64,000 nucleotides of DNA, taken from the NCBI GenBank assembly GCA_016196825.1, contig JACPWY010000019.1:22644-86643 (forward strand), read 5' to 3'. The DNA is from Deltaproteobacteria bacterium (GTDB lineage: Bacteria; Bdellovibrionota; FAC87; UBA2466). The number at the start of each line of letters is the position of its first letter. Position 1 is the first letter of the stretch. The translations under genes and the position numbers were made by a program. The notes beneath the pieces were generated by a model that did no database searches, was not told where the DNA came from, and saw only the letters and a program-made list of their open reading frames with translations. Below, one piece after another: positions 18,381 to 28,200 of the stretch.

Positions 18381-21300
18381 GTGTTCCCCTGTTTGATGAT
18401 GAGAAGGACTTCCAAAAAAGATGGAAAACTTAGCGCCGTGATCGATATCCATGTGAACCCTCCCACCGATCTGGCGGGTGAGCGTCTTCACTAATCGCAG
18501 GCCAAGCGACCTCGAGCGGTCAATGTCGAAGGCCTCGGGAAAGCCGACGCCGTCGTCCTCGACAACCAGCTCATAATCTCCCTCGACACGATTTTTATGG
18601 ATTCCCACCCGAATCGTCCCCTTCTCTTTGTTGTGAAACGCGTATTTCAGGGAGTTGGAGACCAGCTCGTTGATGATCAAACTGCATGGGATGGCGGTGT
18701 CGATTTCAAAGTCCGCGTCGTGGATGTCGAGCTTCACGGTCACGCGATTAGGGTCGACTCCGTAAGAATGGAACAGGGTACCGAGGAGATCTCTCACGTA
18801 CTCTTCGAAGTCGATTCGAGTCAGATTCTTCGACTGGTAGAGCTTTTCGTGAACCATCGCCATCGATACCACGCGATTCTGCGCCTCTCGAAAAGCGCCC
18901 CCCAGAGACTGGTCTTTGATGGATCTGAGCTGAAGGTCGAGCAGGCTTGAGATGACGTTGAGATTGTTTTTCACCCTGTGGTGAATCTCACGCAACAGAA
19001 TTTCCTTTTCCGCCAGTGCCGTGCGAATTCTCTCCTCAGACTCCTTAACGCGGTTGAGGTTGGGACTTACAGTCGCCCAGGCCATGGCCTTGCCCGAGCG
19101 ATCCCTGATCAGGAAGGCGTTCCAGATCGTGTGAATGGATGCTCCGGTCGTAAAGTGCCTGAATCGCACCTCACCGGACCACCGCCCCTTTGATTCCAGA
19201 GCTGGAATCGCTGTGGATTGAATGAGGGCTCGATCGTCCGGATGGAAGTAGTCGAGCAGAGCGGTCTTACTGATATCGTCGACAGATGTGAGCCCCACCA
19301 TCTCTCTGCCCGCCTCATTCACATAGATCGGCGCCATTTCGGGCGTACAGATGCCGATAAAATCATTGCTCCCCTCCACTACGGCGGCGAGAGTTCGCAT
19401 TTGGGAATCCATCTCCTTCTTGACGGTGATATCTCTCACGGCGACAATCACATAGGCATCAGCATCAGCATCAGCATCAGCATCAGCATGGATCGCCCCT
19501 TGTCCGGGGCTCAAGCTGATCTCCACCGGAAAGAACCGGCCATCCTTCCTCACCCCGAGAAGGTCCTTTCCAGCTCCCATGGCGCGGATGGTGGCATTCT
19601 GAAAATAGCTTTCCCTGAGAGAGACATGCTGCGCGCGGATGCTCTCGGGAACCAGAATCTCAACGGGCTGACCGATCAGCTCGCTCTTGGAATAACCAAA
19701 CATCCTTTCGGTTTCATTATTGACGTAGGTGATCTGACCTCGGAAACCCACGATCATCATGGCGTCGGGGGCTGACTCGAGAACCGCCCGAAACCGCCGC
19801 TCGTGCGCCAGCGCCTCGGCCTCGACTCTTTTTCGCTTCGACATGTCCCAACACACGCCAACCAGTCGGATGGGGTTGCCCTGTTCGTCGTTGTAACTCC
19901 TGCCCCGGACCTGGACGGTGTGGACCGAACCATCGGGCCAGCACGCGCGGTATTCGTCGTCCAATTGGAGGGTTGTGCCCGCAATAGACCGAACCTTCGT
20001 GTCCGCGCGCGAGCGATCCTCCGGGTGCAGCAAGGAAAGAAAATGCGAGTAGCTTGTCTCAAAGGTCTCGGGAGCTGTTCCGAAGATCTTGTGCATTCTC
20101 GCATCCCACGAAACCACTCCCGCGTTGATGTCCAACTCCCATCTCCCCATTTCCGAGGAAGAGAGAGACAAAGCAAGCTGAGATTCGCTGGTTGCGAGCA
20201 ATCGGGTCCTCTCTTCAACCTTTTTTTCCAGATTTCCAGCCAGGTCTCTGAGTGCGTGAGTCTGCTCCTGAACCCGTACCTCTAGGCGATCAGAATCCCC
20301 TTTCCGCAGTCTCCACAAATGAGCAAGGAGGGAGAGTAAAAGAGAGAAAAAAATCCCCCCCGAAAGCACCTTCCAGCGGGTGAGCGAGACCATCGCTTCA
20401 GCCTCGGCGCGCAAGGGAAGGATGACCATTTCCCATTTGGTGTCTTCATCCAACGGGAAGGTGACGTGCTGCCACCAATCAGCAGAGGAGGGCACGTTCG
20501 TAGGGGAGCGCCGATAAATCTCATGAGCATCTGAGAGAACCAGAAACCCAGAGCTCTCCTCCGCTGAGCTAGGAAGCAAATCCCGAATGAGAGAGTTAGC
20601 CCCAAACTCCGCCACCACGGCCCCGAGCCCTTTGACCGGAACTACAAAGAGAAGCGTTGTTGCCGTTTCATCAGGAACCCACACTGGGTGCTTTTGCCTC
20701 GTGGCAGTCGCTACCGCCCGCGGGAGGAAATGATCGAGATTGGAGAGCGGAAAGAGATTGGTTGAGATCAAGCTTTGCGATCCATTGCCTTGAGGCAACA
20801 GGCGAATGGAGCGAAGGGCGGTGTAATCTGGAAAATATTGAGTGGAGTCTTCCCTCCAAAATTTCAGATAGCTATCTCCGGCGATCTCCCACCTCCTGGC
20901 GATCCGCTTGATGGCTCTCTCTTTTTCTCGCAGGCCCAGCTGAACAATTCTCTGGGCCCCTTCCACCTTTTTTGAAAAAACATGTTGAATCTGGTCTCTT
21001 TCGTTCGCGGTCACGGCCTGCCACATAATGACCGAAACCGTCAGCCCCGAGATTCCCACCGAGATGGCGAGCCAGGACGGAATCTGCCGGGATTCTCGCC
21101 AGCTTTGGAAAAACGCGCGAGTGCCCAACGCGACGCTCAAGAGAAGGAAGAGGCCCGCCGTGTGAATGGCCATCCCAGTCAGCCCGGCCCACTGATGCGA
21201 GGGCGGGATTCCTGCCAGATAACCGTAGAGTGCGGCCACGGCCGATGCGCCCACAAATCCCGCCAGCGTGCTCGAAAACCAGCTCCTTTTTAGGGGAGAG

Positions 21301-21770
21301 AGCCGGCGACTCAGGGCACATATTTCGGCAACGCTCAGCAAGGCAAAGCTCAGGGCGGTCGGCGCGTCCATTCTGCCTGGGTAGGGAGCCCAGGGGAGAG
21401 GAAATGCCGACACAAAAAACTGATCGATTCCCAGGTTTTTTCCCGTGATGTATTCGAGGAGCGTGAGCCCTGAAATCACGAACGTGACGGCCACGAGCCC
21501 CCAGGCGAGAAGTTTGCGGAGAGGGGGGCGGCCGTCGAGAAGAGCGAGAATGCCCAAGGCCAGGAAACAAATCGCCGTGTTGAATTGCATCGGAGCCGAA
21601 TTGGGAAAGAGCTGAATCAACCCCGCGCTATGGATATGCCATGCGTAGACACCCAGGGCCCCGAAGAAAATCGTGATGATCCCGGTCGCTCGGTGAAGCA
21701 CGCATTCAAAACGCGACATCTGCGCTAAAAACATGCCTGCATTTTCATCTTTCTCGATCCACGAACGCAA
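18369..21770 (-). CDS. membrane-anchored multi-PAS sensor histidine kinase (HisKA_2/HWE-type H-box)
   Basis: The N-terminal about 330 aa are polytopic membrane. Several PAS/PAC blocks follow. H-box [27 protein letters not shown] is of HisKA_2 type, followed by an ATPase domain ([11 protein letters not shown]…DDGVGFP). Confidence 0.75.
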   Translation of the reverse strand: MRSWIEKDENAGMFLAQMSRFECVLHRATGIITIFFGALGVYAWHIHSAGLIQLFPNSAPMQFNTAICFLALGILALLDGRPPLRKLLAWGLVAVTFVISGLTLLEYITGKNLGIDQFFVSAFPLPWAPYPGRMDAPTALSFALLSVAEICALSRRLSPLKRSWFSSTLAGFVGASAVAALYGYLAGIPPSHQWAGLTGMAIHTAGLFLLLSVALGTRAFFQSWRESRQIPSWLAISVGISGLTVSVIMWQAVTANERDQIQHVFSKKVEGAQRIVQLGLREKERAIKRIARRWEIAGDSYLKFWREDSTQYFPDYTALRSIRLLPQGNGSQSLISTNLFPLSNLDHFLPRAVATATRQKHPVWVPDETATTLLFVVPVKGLGAVVAEFGANSLIRDLLPSSAEESSGFLVLSDAHEIYRRSPTNVPSSADWWQHVTFPLDEDTKWEMVILPLRAEAEAMVSLTRWKVLSGGIFFSLLLSLLAHLWRLRKGDSDRLEVRVQEQTHALRDLAGNLEKKVEERTRLLATSESQLALSLSSSEMGRWELDINAGVVSWDARMHKIFGTAPETFETSYSHFLSLLHPEDRSRADTKVRSIAGTTLQLDDEYRACWPDGSVHTVQVRGRSYNDEQGNPIRLVGVCWDMSKRKRVEAEALAHERRFRAVLESAPDAMMIVGFRGQITYVNNETERMFGYSKSELIGQPVEILVPESIRAQHVSLRESYFQNATIRAMGAGKDLLGVRKDGRFFPVEISLSPGQGAIHADADADADADAYVIVAVRDITVKKEMDSQMRTLAAVVEGSNDFIGICTPEMAPIYVNEAGREMVGLTSVDDISKTALLDYFHPDDRALIQSTAIPALESKGRWSGEVRFRHFTTGASIHTIWNAFLIRDRSGKAMAWATVSPNLNRVKESEERIRTALAEKEILLREIHHRVKNNLNVISSLLDLQLRSIKDQSLGGAFREAQNRVVSMAMVHEKLYQSKNLTRIDFEEYVRDLLGTLFHSYGVDPNRVTVKLDIHDADFEIDTAIPCSLIINELVSNSLKYAFHNKEKGTIRVGIHKNRVEGDYELVVEDDGVGFPEAFDIDRSRSLGLRLVKTLTRQIGGRVHMDIDHGAKFSIFFGSPSHHQTGEHHVQ
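19456..19490. repeat. hexanucleotide SSR (gcatca)x5-6 inside the kinase CDS, encoding (Ala-Asp)n
   Basis: gcatcagcatcagcatcagcatcagcatcagcatg is read directly. The minus-strand translation is HADADADADADAY, in a PAS-PAS linker. Confidence 0.8.
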
Positions 21771-21843
21771 AAGAAAACCAGTTGCGCAGGTCGTCAGAAC
21801 GTGGCGGAGAGTTAACGACGCCGGCCCACCACGGCCATGCGCG

Positions 21844-22134
21844 TCATGCCTGCAGGGCCTCCGGGGGGGGGGCCAAAAGAACCGCCGAATGAGATACCTT
21901 GCCTTTATTCACCGAAATCTCGATTCGATAGCGATCGAATTCAAGGGTTTGGTGGTCTTGCTTCGCATCCACATCATCGAACGTGACTCCCTGAAGATCG
22001 CCATTCTGCGCAAAGAAACCTACTCCATCACCCTTTTTCGCCTCCGTGGCATCCCCAAAGGGGCCAGGTTGAAAATCAAGGTGAAGAGCACCTGAACCGC
22101 CAATTGAAATAAAGTTGACCTTAGCTTTTTGCAT
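21844..22134 (-). CDS. small hypothetical protein (96 aa), possible DUF2283-like antitoxin partner
   Basis: Overlaps the upstream small gene by 14 bp. Its 3' region contains a G10/C10 homopolymer encoding PPP. Family similarity is weak and from memory only. Confidence 0.3.
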   Translation of the reverse strand: MQKAKVNFISIGGSGALHLDFQPGPFGDATEAKKGDGVGFFAQNGDLQGVTFDDVDAKQDHQTLEFDRYRIEISVNKGKVSHSAVLLAPPPEALQA

Positions 22135-22405
22135 AATGAACCTTCTTCAGATTTTTGTGTTTACGACGAACGGTCACCAGCAGGTAATGGAGGGAATCGA
22201 AGCGATAAAAAAGGTGAAATAGGTGTTTCTTTTGCTCTTGGAACACTTCCGATGGATCCCGCAGCACCCGCTCGACAAGTTCTAGAACTATTTCCTCGGG
22301 GAAAAGGGGAAAGTGACGGGCCATAGTGTGTCCCAAGGCTTCCGTGAGTACTACCACTCTATCGCCAAGAACATCGGTAATAACTGCTGTCACTTTCTTG
22401 TTCAT
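22121..22405 (-). CDS. small hypothetical protein (94 aa), possible DUF4258-like toxin
   Basis: LGHTMARHFPLFPEEIVLELVE resembles the H-A-x-x-R-M-x-x-R-x-I motif region of DUF4258-type toxins. The assignment is uncertain. It forms a two-gene module with 21844..22134. Confidence 0.3.
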   Translation of the reverse strand: MNKKVTAVITDVLGDRVVVLTEALGHTMARHFPLFPEEIVLELVERVLRDPSEVFQEQKKHLFHLFYRFDSLHYLLVTVRRKHKNLKKVHYAKS

Positions 22406-22492
22406 GTCGCGATCCTCAAAAAATTGTCCAGACTAAGGGGGCTCCGACTGGTGGAGGGTATGTCATAAGAGTAATATTACCTCTGAACATGC

Positions 22493-23683
22493 TCACCCCC
22501 TAAGCGAACAGACGTCAATCCCGCCCTCTCGATAGCTCTCATTGGTGTGGGTTAGCATCATCAGTCGCGGTTTCTCGGAGCGTGCTCTTTCTTGGAAAGC
22601 AATCAGACTGGCCCAATCCCGACGTGTCGGAGCTTCACCATCAAAAGGACGAATGGCAAGTGGTGGTGGACTGTTTCTCGCCTTTGGAAAACTGATGACC
22701 ACTGGAATCCTAGAGGATTTCTCATTTCGATAATACTCCAGTCTCGGTCGACCGAAACCGTGATACTCCAAAGTGGATAAGGCCTGAACGGCTACGAATG
22801 TCCGCAACTGCGTGTCGCGGTTGGCTCCGAGAGAGTGGGCGATTCCACTGTCACACAAGATGTATTCTGATTTCCCGACGCCGGCTTGGTGCGGTCTTAA
22901 TTCTCTCAGGACGAATATTCTGGTGAATGCGTCTAGATATCGTTGAACCACTCGCCTGTCACGACCTACGACTATGGCAATGGCCGCCGCGGTGGGCTCT
23001 TCCTGTCTCGCCACCGCGCTCAGGATATCTTGAGCCAGTTCTCCATCAAACTTTCCGGAACCGGCCCTGGAAATGTCTCTTTGGCACGTGGTCTCAATCC
23101 AAACGGAGACCGCGCTTGAAAACTCGGAATCGGTTCTCAGAAAGCAGATCCCGGGCATCCCACCTCGCTCCAGTGTCCTATCAAATTGCGTCAAAGAAAT
23201 TTGGCTTTCCGATTTCCGAAAAGTCAGAAAATATTTCCCCATTTTCTTTTCATGAAGTTCGGAACAATTGAGAGGGTATAACTGAATCAGCCCGATTCGC
23301 CCCGTCAATGACTCTCTCACGCCGGTGTACCGGGAAAATTCAGTCGAACCGCTGATGACATACATTCCGGGGCGCCGCCTTTCATCAACATGCAACTTAA
23401 TCGCGTCAAAGAGATCGGGGACCTTTTGTATCTCATCAATGAAAAGCGCCTCCCCCTTGATTCTCGGGGCACTGAAACTCTCGGGTGCTCTCGTGGCCCG
23501 TTCCCGATCCTTCTTTGAGTCCATCGTGTGATAGTCGCCCGACACGCAGGGAGCTAGAAGCTCCCTTAGCAATAGGCTTTTACCGCACTGCCTGACTCCC
23601 ACCACACCCAAAACAGGCCACAACCGAATTCGTTTCTTGAGTAACTCCAGAACGTCGCGCTCTCTTCTGTGTGCCATTGACAA
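22493..23683 (-). CDS. AAA_14/DUF4143 family ATP-binding protein
   Basis: Walker A GVRQCGKSLLLRELL and Walker B/arch region ALFIDEIQKVPDLFDAIKL, with a C-terminal DUF4143-like region. It is a paralog of 40535..41677 and of the fragment at 24478..24969. Confidence 0.65.
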   Translation of the reverse strand: MSMAHRRERDVLELLKKRIRLWPVLGVVGVRQCGKSLLLRELLAPCVSGDYHTMDSKKDRERATRAPESFSAPRIKGEALFIDEIQKVPDLFDAIKLHVDERRRPGMYVISGSTEFSRYTGVRESLTGRIGLIQLYPLNCSELHEKKMGKYFLTFRKSESQISLTQFDRTLERGGMPGICFLRTDSEFSSAVSVWIETTCQRDISRAGSGKFDGELAQDILSAVARQEEPTAAAIAIVVGRDRRVVQRYLDAFTRIFVLRELRPHQAGVGKSEYILCDSGIAHSLGANRDTQLRTFVAVQALSTLEYHGFGRPRLEYYRNEKSSRIPVVISFPKARNSPPPLAIRPFDGEAPTRRDWASLIAFQERARSEKPRLMMLTHTNESYREGGIDVCSLRG

Positions 23684-23765
23684 AGCATACCGTTTTTTAC
23701 GTGTAGACGCAATTATCGGTATGATATGAGCGCTTCGTTCAAGGCGCCGATTCAGTTCTAGAGCA

Positions 23766-24140
23766 TCACCACATAGCCTTCCCGAAGTGCCTGAGAATAG
23801 ACCGGTCCTTGGTCACAAGTCTTGCATTGCCGATGATGGCCTGTGCGACGAGTAGGCGATCAAATGGATCTCTCGTCCACGATTGCTCTATGGCCGCTTC
23901 GCTGATCAGCTCGAACGATTCTGAGGCCAAAACCAAGCCCACGCGCATCTCAAGGTCTCTCAAAATCTCTTTGGAACCGACCGATACCTTTCCGGCCTCG
24001 TGGAGATACTCCAACTCGAGCGAAACCATCGGGGAAATGCTGAGGTCGTTGACCTCAATCAGTTTTTTCGCTTTATCGGAAATGAGCTCGCTGCGCCCGT
24101 AATAGAGCCAAACCACCACGTGGGTGTCGAGGTGAATCAT
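23766..24140 (-). CDS. vapC: PIN-domain ribonuclease toxin VapC
   Basis: IHLDTHVVVW…DPFDRLLVAQAIIGNARLVTKDRSI is the PIN acidic-residue pattern. ATG at 24140 overlaps the antitoxin stop (ATGA). Confidence 0.7.
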   Translation of the reverse strand: MIHLDTHVVVWLYYGRSELISDKAKKLIEVNDLSISPMVSLELEYLHEAGKVSVGSKEILRDLEMRVGLVLASESFELISEAAIEQSWTRDPFDRLLVAQAIIGNARLVTKDRSILRHFGKAMW

Positions 24141-24367
24141 GGAAGCTTTGGCTTCCAGTGTTTCGACCAATCCATGTGAACAAGCTCTTCGGGGTCGCCA
24201 CTCAACCCTTCACGTCGCTCTAGCCGATCTAGCTTGCTGACACGCTCGAGAGCCGAAATCCGTATGGTCCTTCCCTTCCGCACGATCTCGATGGGACGCC
24301 CGGTCTTCAAGACCTGGTCCAGTAACCGATAGATATTGGCCCTCAGGCGCGAGGCGTTCAGCTTCAT
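24137..24367 (-). CDS. Phd/YefM-type antitoxin (VapB-like)
   Basis: MKLNASRLRANIYRLLDQVLKTGRPIEIVRKGRTIRI is a typical Phd/YefM N-terminal fold sequence. It is 4-bp coupled to vapC. Confidence 0.55.
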   Translation of the reverse strand: MKLNASRLRANIYRLLDQVLKTGRPIEIVRKGRTIRISALERVSKLDRLERREGLSGDPEELVHMDWSKHWKPKLP

Positions 24368-24477
24368 CCCAAAAGAATAGCAAAAAAGCGTACGTATTTT
24401 CAATATTAAAACGTACGTATTCGATGACGTCTACAGGCGTTTTGACAAGACTCCAAAAACGTTGAGAATTTTGGAGT

Positions 24478-24969
24478 ATGGTCCATCGACTTTGTAACCC
24501 TTTGATGTCACGATCTTTTTTTCTCTTCGGGGCGCGCTCCACCGGAAAGAGCACGCTCATCCGGCAGCTTCCCGCGTTTGACGAACGCCATTACGTTGAC
24601 CTGCTCGACGATGAGGTTTTGAACGAGTATTCACGGGATCCGAAAAAGCTGGAGATGCTGGCGTCAGAAAGTGATTGGGTCTTCATTGATGAAGTTCAAA
24701 AATCGACAAAACTTCTCAATACTGTGCACAAGCTGATCGAAAAGAAGAAAACCAAATTTGCTCTGACCGGGTCTAGCGCACGCAAGCTGAAGCGCGGCGG
24801 TGCAAACCTGTTAGGCGGGCGGGCCAATGTGTTTCATCTCTACCCCTTGACCGCCAGGGAAGCGTTTCTATCTCTCCCAGGACCACAAGACCGGCGAGTC
24901 AGAGGGCGTTCAGTGTCTTCATTGGGAAGAATTTCTAGCCAAAGTTTTTGTCTGAACAGGTTTCAGTAA
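24478..24969 (+). pseudogene. truncated AAA_14/DUF4143 ATPase (N-terminal 163 aa only)
   Basis: Walker A GARSTGKSTLIRQL and Walker B WVFIDEVQKSTKLLNTVHKL are present. The ORF stops after about 160 aa, whereas full-length paralogs are 380-396 aa, and it runs convergently into the REC gene. It is either a fragment or a different short-form protein. Confidence 0.45.
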
Positions 24970-25651
24970 CGGCGGGGTGGACTCCACCTCGCGATTCCGC
25001 CCCTTGTTCTTTTCTGAGGTTTAGAAGAAAGTCGTCAATCAATTCCCCCACTTTCCGAGCGCCATCGACTGAAACCTGAAGGAGTCGCTCCAGTTCCGGG
25101 TCAGATCTCTCTGTGCCCTTTCTCTGAAGGAGTGAAAGGTGGGTTGAAAGCATTCGAAGGGGCTGTTTCAAATCATGGGAGGTAATCGATGCGAATTGTT
25201 CGAGCGCGCGGTTGGATCGGCTAAGCTGTTCCTCCAAAGCCCGTTGTTTTTCCAGAGAAATCAGGAGGCCCTTTTCGAGGCGAATTTTTTCAAGTGCAAT
25301 CTCAATGGTCGAGCGAATGGCGGTGTCACGCACTGGTTTCACGAGGTATCCGTAGGGAGCTGTATTCTGGGCGCGGAAGAGCGTTGCGTCGTCTGAGAAC
25401 GCTGTCAGATACACAATCGGGGTGTTGTTCGATTCTTTGATCTGGATCGCAGCCTCAATCCCATCCATTTCTCCTTTGAGCTTAATGTCCATCAAGATGA
25501 GATCCGGCACGGTCTCCGCCGCCTTCTTGATGGCCTCGGCACCGGAAAAGGCTATGCCAGCACATTCGTAGCCCAGCTGGACCAATTTGGTTTCTAGATT
25601 CATCGCCGCGACGGCTTCGTCTTCGACGACTAAGATGCGCGTTTTATTCAT
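24935..25651 (-). CDS. response-regulator receiver protein with C-terminal HisKA (DHp) segment but no ATPase domain
   Basis: [18 protein letters not shown]…[11 protein letters not shown] is a REC domain. [16 protein letters not shown] is an H-box. The ORF ends about 90 aa later with no N/G boxes. It is 4-bp coupled to the upstream kinase. Confidence 0.6.
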   Translation of the reverse strand: MNKTRILVVEDEAVAAMNLETKLVQLGYECAGIAFSGAEAIKKAAETVPDLILMDIKLKGEMDGIEAAIQIKESNNTPIVYLTAFSDDATLFRAQNTAPYGYLVKPVRDTAIRSTIEIALEKIRLEKGLLISLEKQRALEEQLSRSNRALEQFASITSHDLKQPLRMLSTHLSLLQRKGTERSDPELERLLQVSVDGARKVGELIDDFLLNLRKEQGAESRGGVHPAVTETCSDKNFG

Positions 25652-28185
25652 TGCTGACCCCCCACGGCGGCAGCCCTTTCGGGTGAAGGAAATCGAATTT
25701 GATAATGGGTTCCGGCTATCCCGGTGGGAGGGCTCATCAATTCCGCGTCAAGCTGACGACTGAGCATTGTGACGAGCTTCAGTCCCAAGGAGCGGGCTTT
25801 CGTTACGTCGAACCCACTCGGAATGCCAACGCCATCATCAGAAACCGCCAATTCGAGATTCTCACCATTTGGGGACTGACGCATTGATATACACACTTTC
25901 CCTGTTTTCCTTCCCTTGAATGCGTGCTTGAGCGAATTCGACACCAGTTCGTTAATGATGAGACTGCAAGGAACAGCGGTATCTATAGGCAGAGAAATAC
26001 TCTCTGTCTGGAGAACGGGCTCAAATTTCGAAGGGTCAACCCCATAGGAATGGTAGAGATTCAGGACCAACTCCCTCACATAGGAATGAAAATCAATCTC
26101 TGCAATGCTCTTGGATTGGTAAAGTTTTTCGTGGATGAGAACCATCGAGATGATGCGATTCTTACTCTCGGCGAATGCTTCATGGAGTTCGGGGTCAGCA
26201 ACATGGGTGGATTGGAGGTCGAGAAGGCTCGAGATGATATTGAGGTTGTTCTTCACACGGTGATGGATTTCACGGAGAAGAACCTCCTTTTCTCTGAGTG
26301 AGGCCTCAACTTGTTTCTGCGCATTCTTGCGACTCGTAATATCGCGAATGGTACTGGAAATAATAACACCAGCCGGAGTTTGCAAAGGGCTGAGGCTGAT
26401 CTCAACGGGAAACTCACTTCCATCTTTCCGCAAACCGTACAACTCCATTCCGCTTCCCATGGGGCGTGCCTTGGGATTTGCGAAATAATTGTTGCGATGC
26501 GCGGGATGTTTTTGTCGAAAACGCTCCGGTATGAGTGCCTCGACATATTGGCCGAGTAGCTCATTGCGCTGATACCTGAAGACCTCCTCCGTCTGTGCGT
26601 TGATTAAGACAATCTTACCTGCCCTGTCTGTAATCACCATGGCATCGGGTGCCGATTCGACGAGGCCCCTGAGGTTTTCTTCTGCTCTCTTTTGTGCCGT
26701 GATATCCCGAGCGATCTTGGAGGCCCCGACAATGTTCCCGCTTGCGTCTTTTATGGGAGAAACGGTGATGGACATCTCCACAATAGTCCCATCTTTTCGA
26801 ATGCGCGCGGTTTCATAATGCTCAATCCGCTCCCCGTGCTTGAGCCTTTCCAAAATATGAGCCTCTTCATCGGCAAGGGAAGAGGGAACTAACAAAGAGA
26901 TGGGTTTTCCCAATATCTCATCATTTGCATAACCAAAAATTCGTTGGGCACCTTCGTTCCAGCTAGTCACTTTGCCGTCCAGTGTTTTTCCGATAATCGC
27001 ATCGTCGGAGAAAGTGACAATCGCCGCAAGCTTGGCAAGTTCCCCTTCGGCTCGCTCACGCTCCCTTACCTCAAGCTTCAGTTTCTCTTTTTCTGAATTC
27101 AAATCCTCCAGGATATTGAAGGCGGCCCGTTGCAGGTCTTCCATTTTTTCGCGTTCAGCACTAAAGTCTTCCAAAATGTTGAAAGTCGCAGCTTGGGTGT
27201 CCTCAATCTTCGATTTCTCAGACGCAAAGTCTTCAAGAATATTGAAGGTAGCATGTTGAGTGCTTTCGCTTTTCAACCGTTCCTGAGCGAAGTCATCCAG
27301 AATATTGAAGGTTGCCCGCTGATTTTCCTCAAGACGTAGTCTTTCAGTGGCAAAGTCTTCAAGAATATTCACGGCCGCCCGCTGCATATCTTCCAACGAC
27401 TGGACTTGCTTGCTTTCGGTGAGATCACGAGTGATCTTGGAGAATCCGATGAGATTGCCCGTATTATCTCTGATCGCGGAGATAATGATATTAGCCGAGA
27501 ACCTTGAGCCGTCTTTCCTGACTCGCCAACCCTCGTCTTCGAATCTCCCTACCCGTGCAGCGACATCAAGCTCGTGTTGGGGTTTACCATGATTAACATC
27601 TTCCTCTGTGTAGAACTTTGAAAAGTGTTGGCCGATAATCTCATCGGCCGGATACCCTTTGATCCGCTCCCCACCGGCGTTCCAACTGAGAACGGTGCCT
27701 TTTGTATCAAGTATGAAGATGGCATAGTCTTTGACGCTCTCAACGAGAAGACGGAGCTTTTCCTCGCTTTCACGGAGGGCAGCATCGGCGTGCATTCTTT
27801 CCGTGAGATCCCGGATGACTTTACCAAACCCCACGAGCCGACCGTCGCTATCACGAATGGCCCCAATGACGGCATTCGCCCAAAAACGGCTGCCGTCTTT
27901 GCGAACCCGCCAACCCAGATCCTCGGAGCGTCCTGTTTCCTTGGCAATTTTAAGCTCTCGTTCGGGTTTTCCGGCCTCGATATCCCCCTTGGGATAGAAC
28001 TGAGAGAAATGGCTGCCCAGGATCTCTTCGGATCGGTAACCTTTGAGTCGCTCCGCGCCCGCGTTCCAGCTCACAACCCTTCCTTCGGGATCGAGCATGA
28101 CAATGGCGTAGTCGACGACAGTGGATGCAAAGAGGCGAAAACGTTCTTCAGCCCTGTGCGGATCTTCGTGATGAGGTGAAAGCAT
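25648..28185 (-). CDS. cytoplasmic multi-PAS sensor histidine kinase (HisKA_2-type) with internal 21-aa tandem repeats
   Basis: Multiple PAS/PAC blocks ([12 protein letters not shown]…). H-box [27 protein letters not shown] and ATPase domain [11 protein letters not shown]…DDGVGIP. Five repeats of ..[10 protein letters not shown].. lie at aa 266-372. Confidence 0.75.
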   Translation of the reverse strand: MLSPHHEDPHRAEERFRLFASTVVDYAIVMLDPEGRVVSWNAGAERLKGYRSEEILGSHFSQFYPKGDIEAGKPERELKIAKETGRSEDLGWRVRKDGSRFWANAVIGAIRDSDGRLVGFGKVIRDLTERMHADAALRESEEKLRLLVESVKDYAIFILDTKGTVLSWNAGGERIKGYPADEIIGQHFSKFYTEEDVNHGKPQHELDVAARVGRFEDEGWRVRKDGSRFSANIIISAIRDNTGNLIGFSKITRDLTESKQVQSLEDMQRAAVNILEDFATERLRLEENQRATFNILDDFAQERLKSESTQHATFNILEDFASEKSKIEDTQAATFNILEDFSAEREKMEDLQRAAFNILEDLNSEKEKLKLEVRERERAEGELAKLAAIVTFSDDAIIGKTLDGKVTSWNEGAQRIFGYANDEILGKPISLLVPSSLADEEAHILERLKHGERIEHYETARIRKDGTIVEMSITVSPIKDASGNIVGASKIARDITAQKRAEENLRGLVESAPDAMVITDRAGKIVLINAQTEEVFRYQRNELLGQYVEALIPERFRQKHPAHRNNYFANPKARPMGSGMELYGLRKDGSEFPVEISLSPLQTPAGVIISSTIRDITSRKNAQKQVEASLREKEVLLREIHHRVKNNLNIISSLLDLQSTHVADPELHEAFAESKNRIISMVLIHEKLYQSKSIAEIDFHSYVRELVLNLYHSYGVDPSKFEPVLQTESISLPIDTAVPCSLIINELVSNSLKHAFKGRKTGKVCISMRQSPNGENLELAVSDDGVGIPSGFDVTKARSLGLKLVTMLSRQLDAELMSPPTGIAGTHYQIRFPSPERAAAVGGQQ
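27070..27400. repeat. five tandem ~63-bp in-frame repeats inside kinase CDS
   Basis: DNA units of the type gtcttc(c/a)a(g/a)aatattgaag(g/t)… recur. They are translated as (Q/T)xA(A/T)FNILEDFxxE(R/K)x(K/R)xE(D/E) x5. Confidence 0.75.
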
Positions 28186-28200
28186 GACAAAGCTAATGAA

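Noticed and set aside
21733-22095. 120-aa plus-strand ORF spanning the G10 tract
   Set aside because: It overlaps the better-supported minus-strand small gene pair and has no motifs.
26972-27339. Plus-strand ORFs (95 and 69 aa) with internally repetitive sequence
   Set aside because: They are the antisense reflection of the kinase's five in-frame 63-bp tandem repeats.
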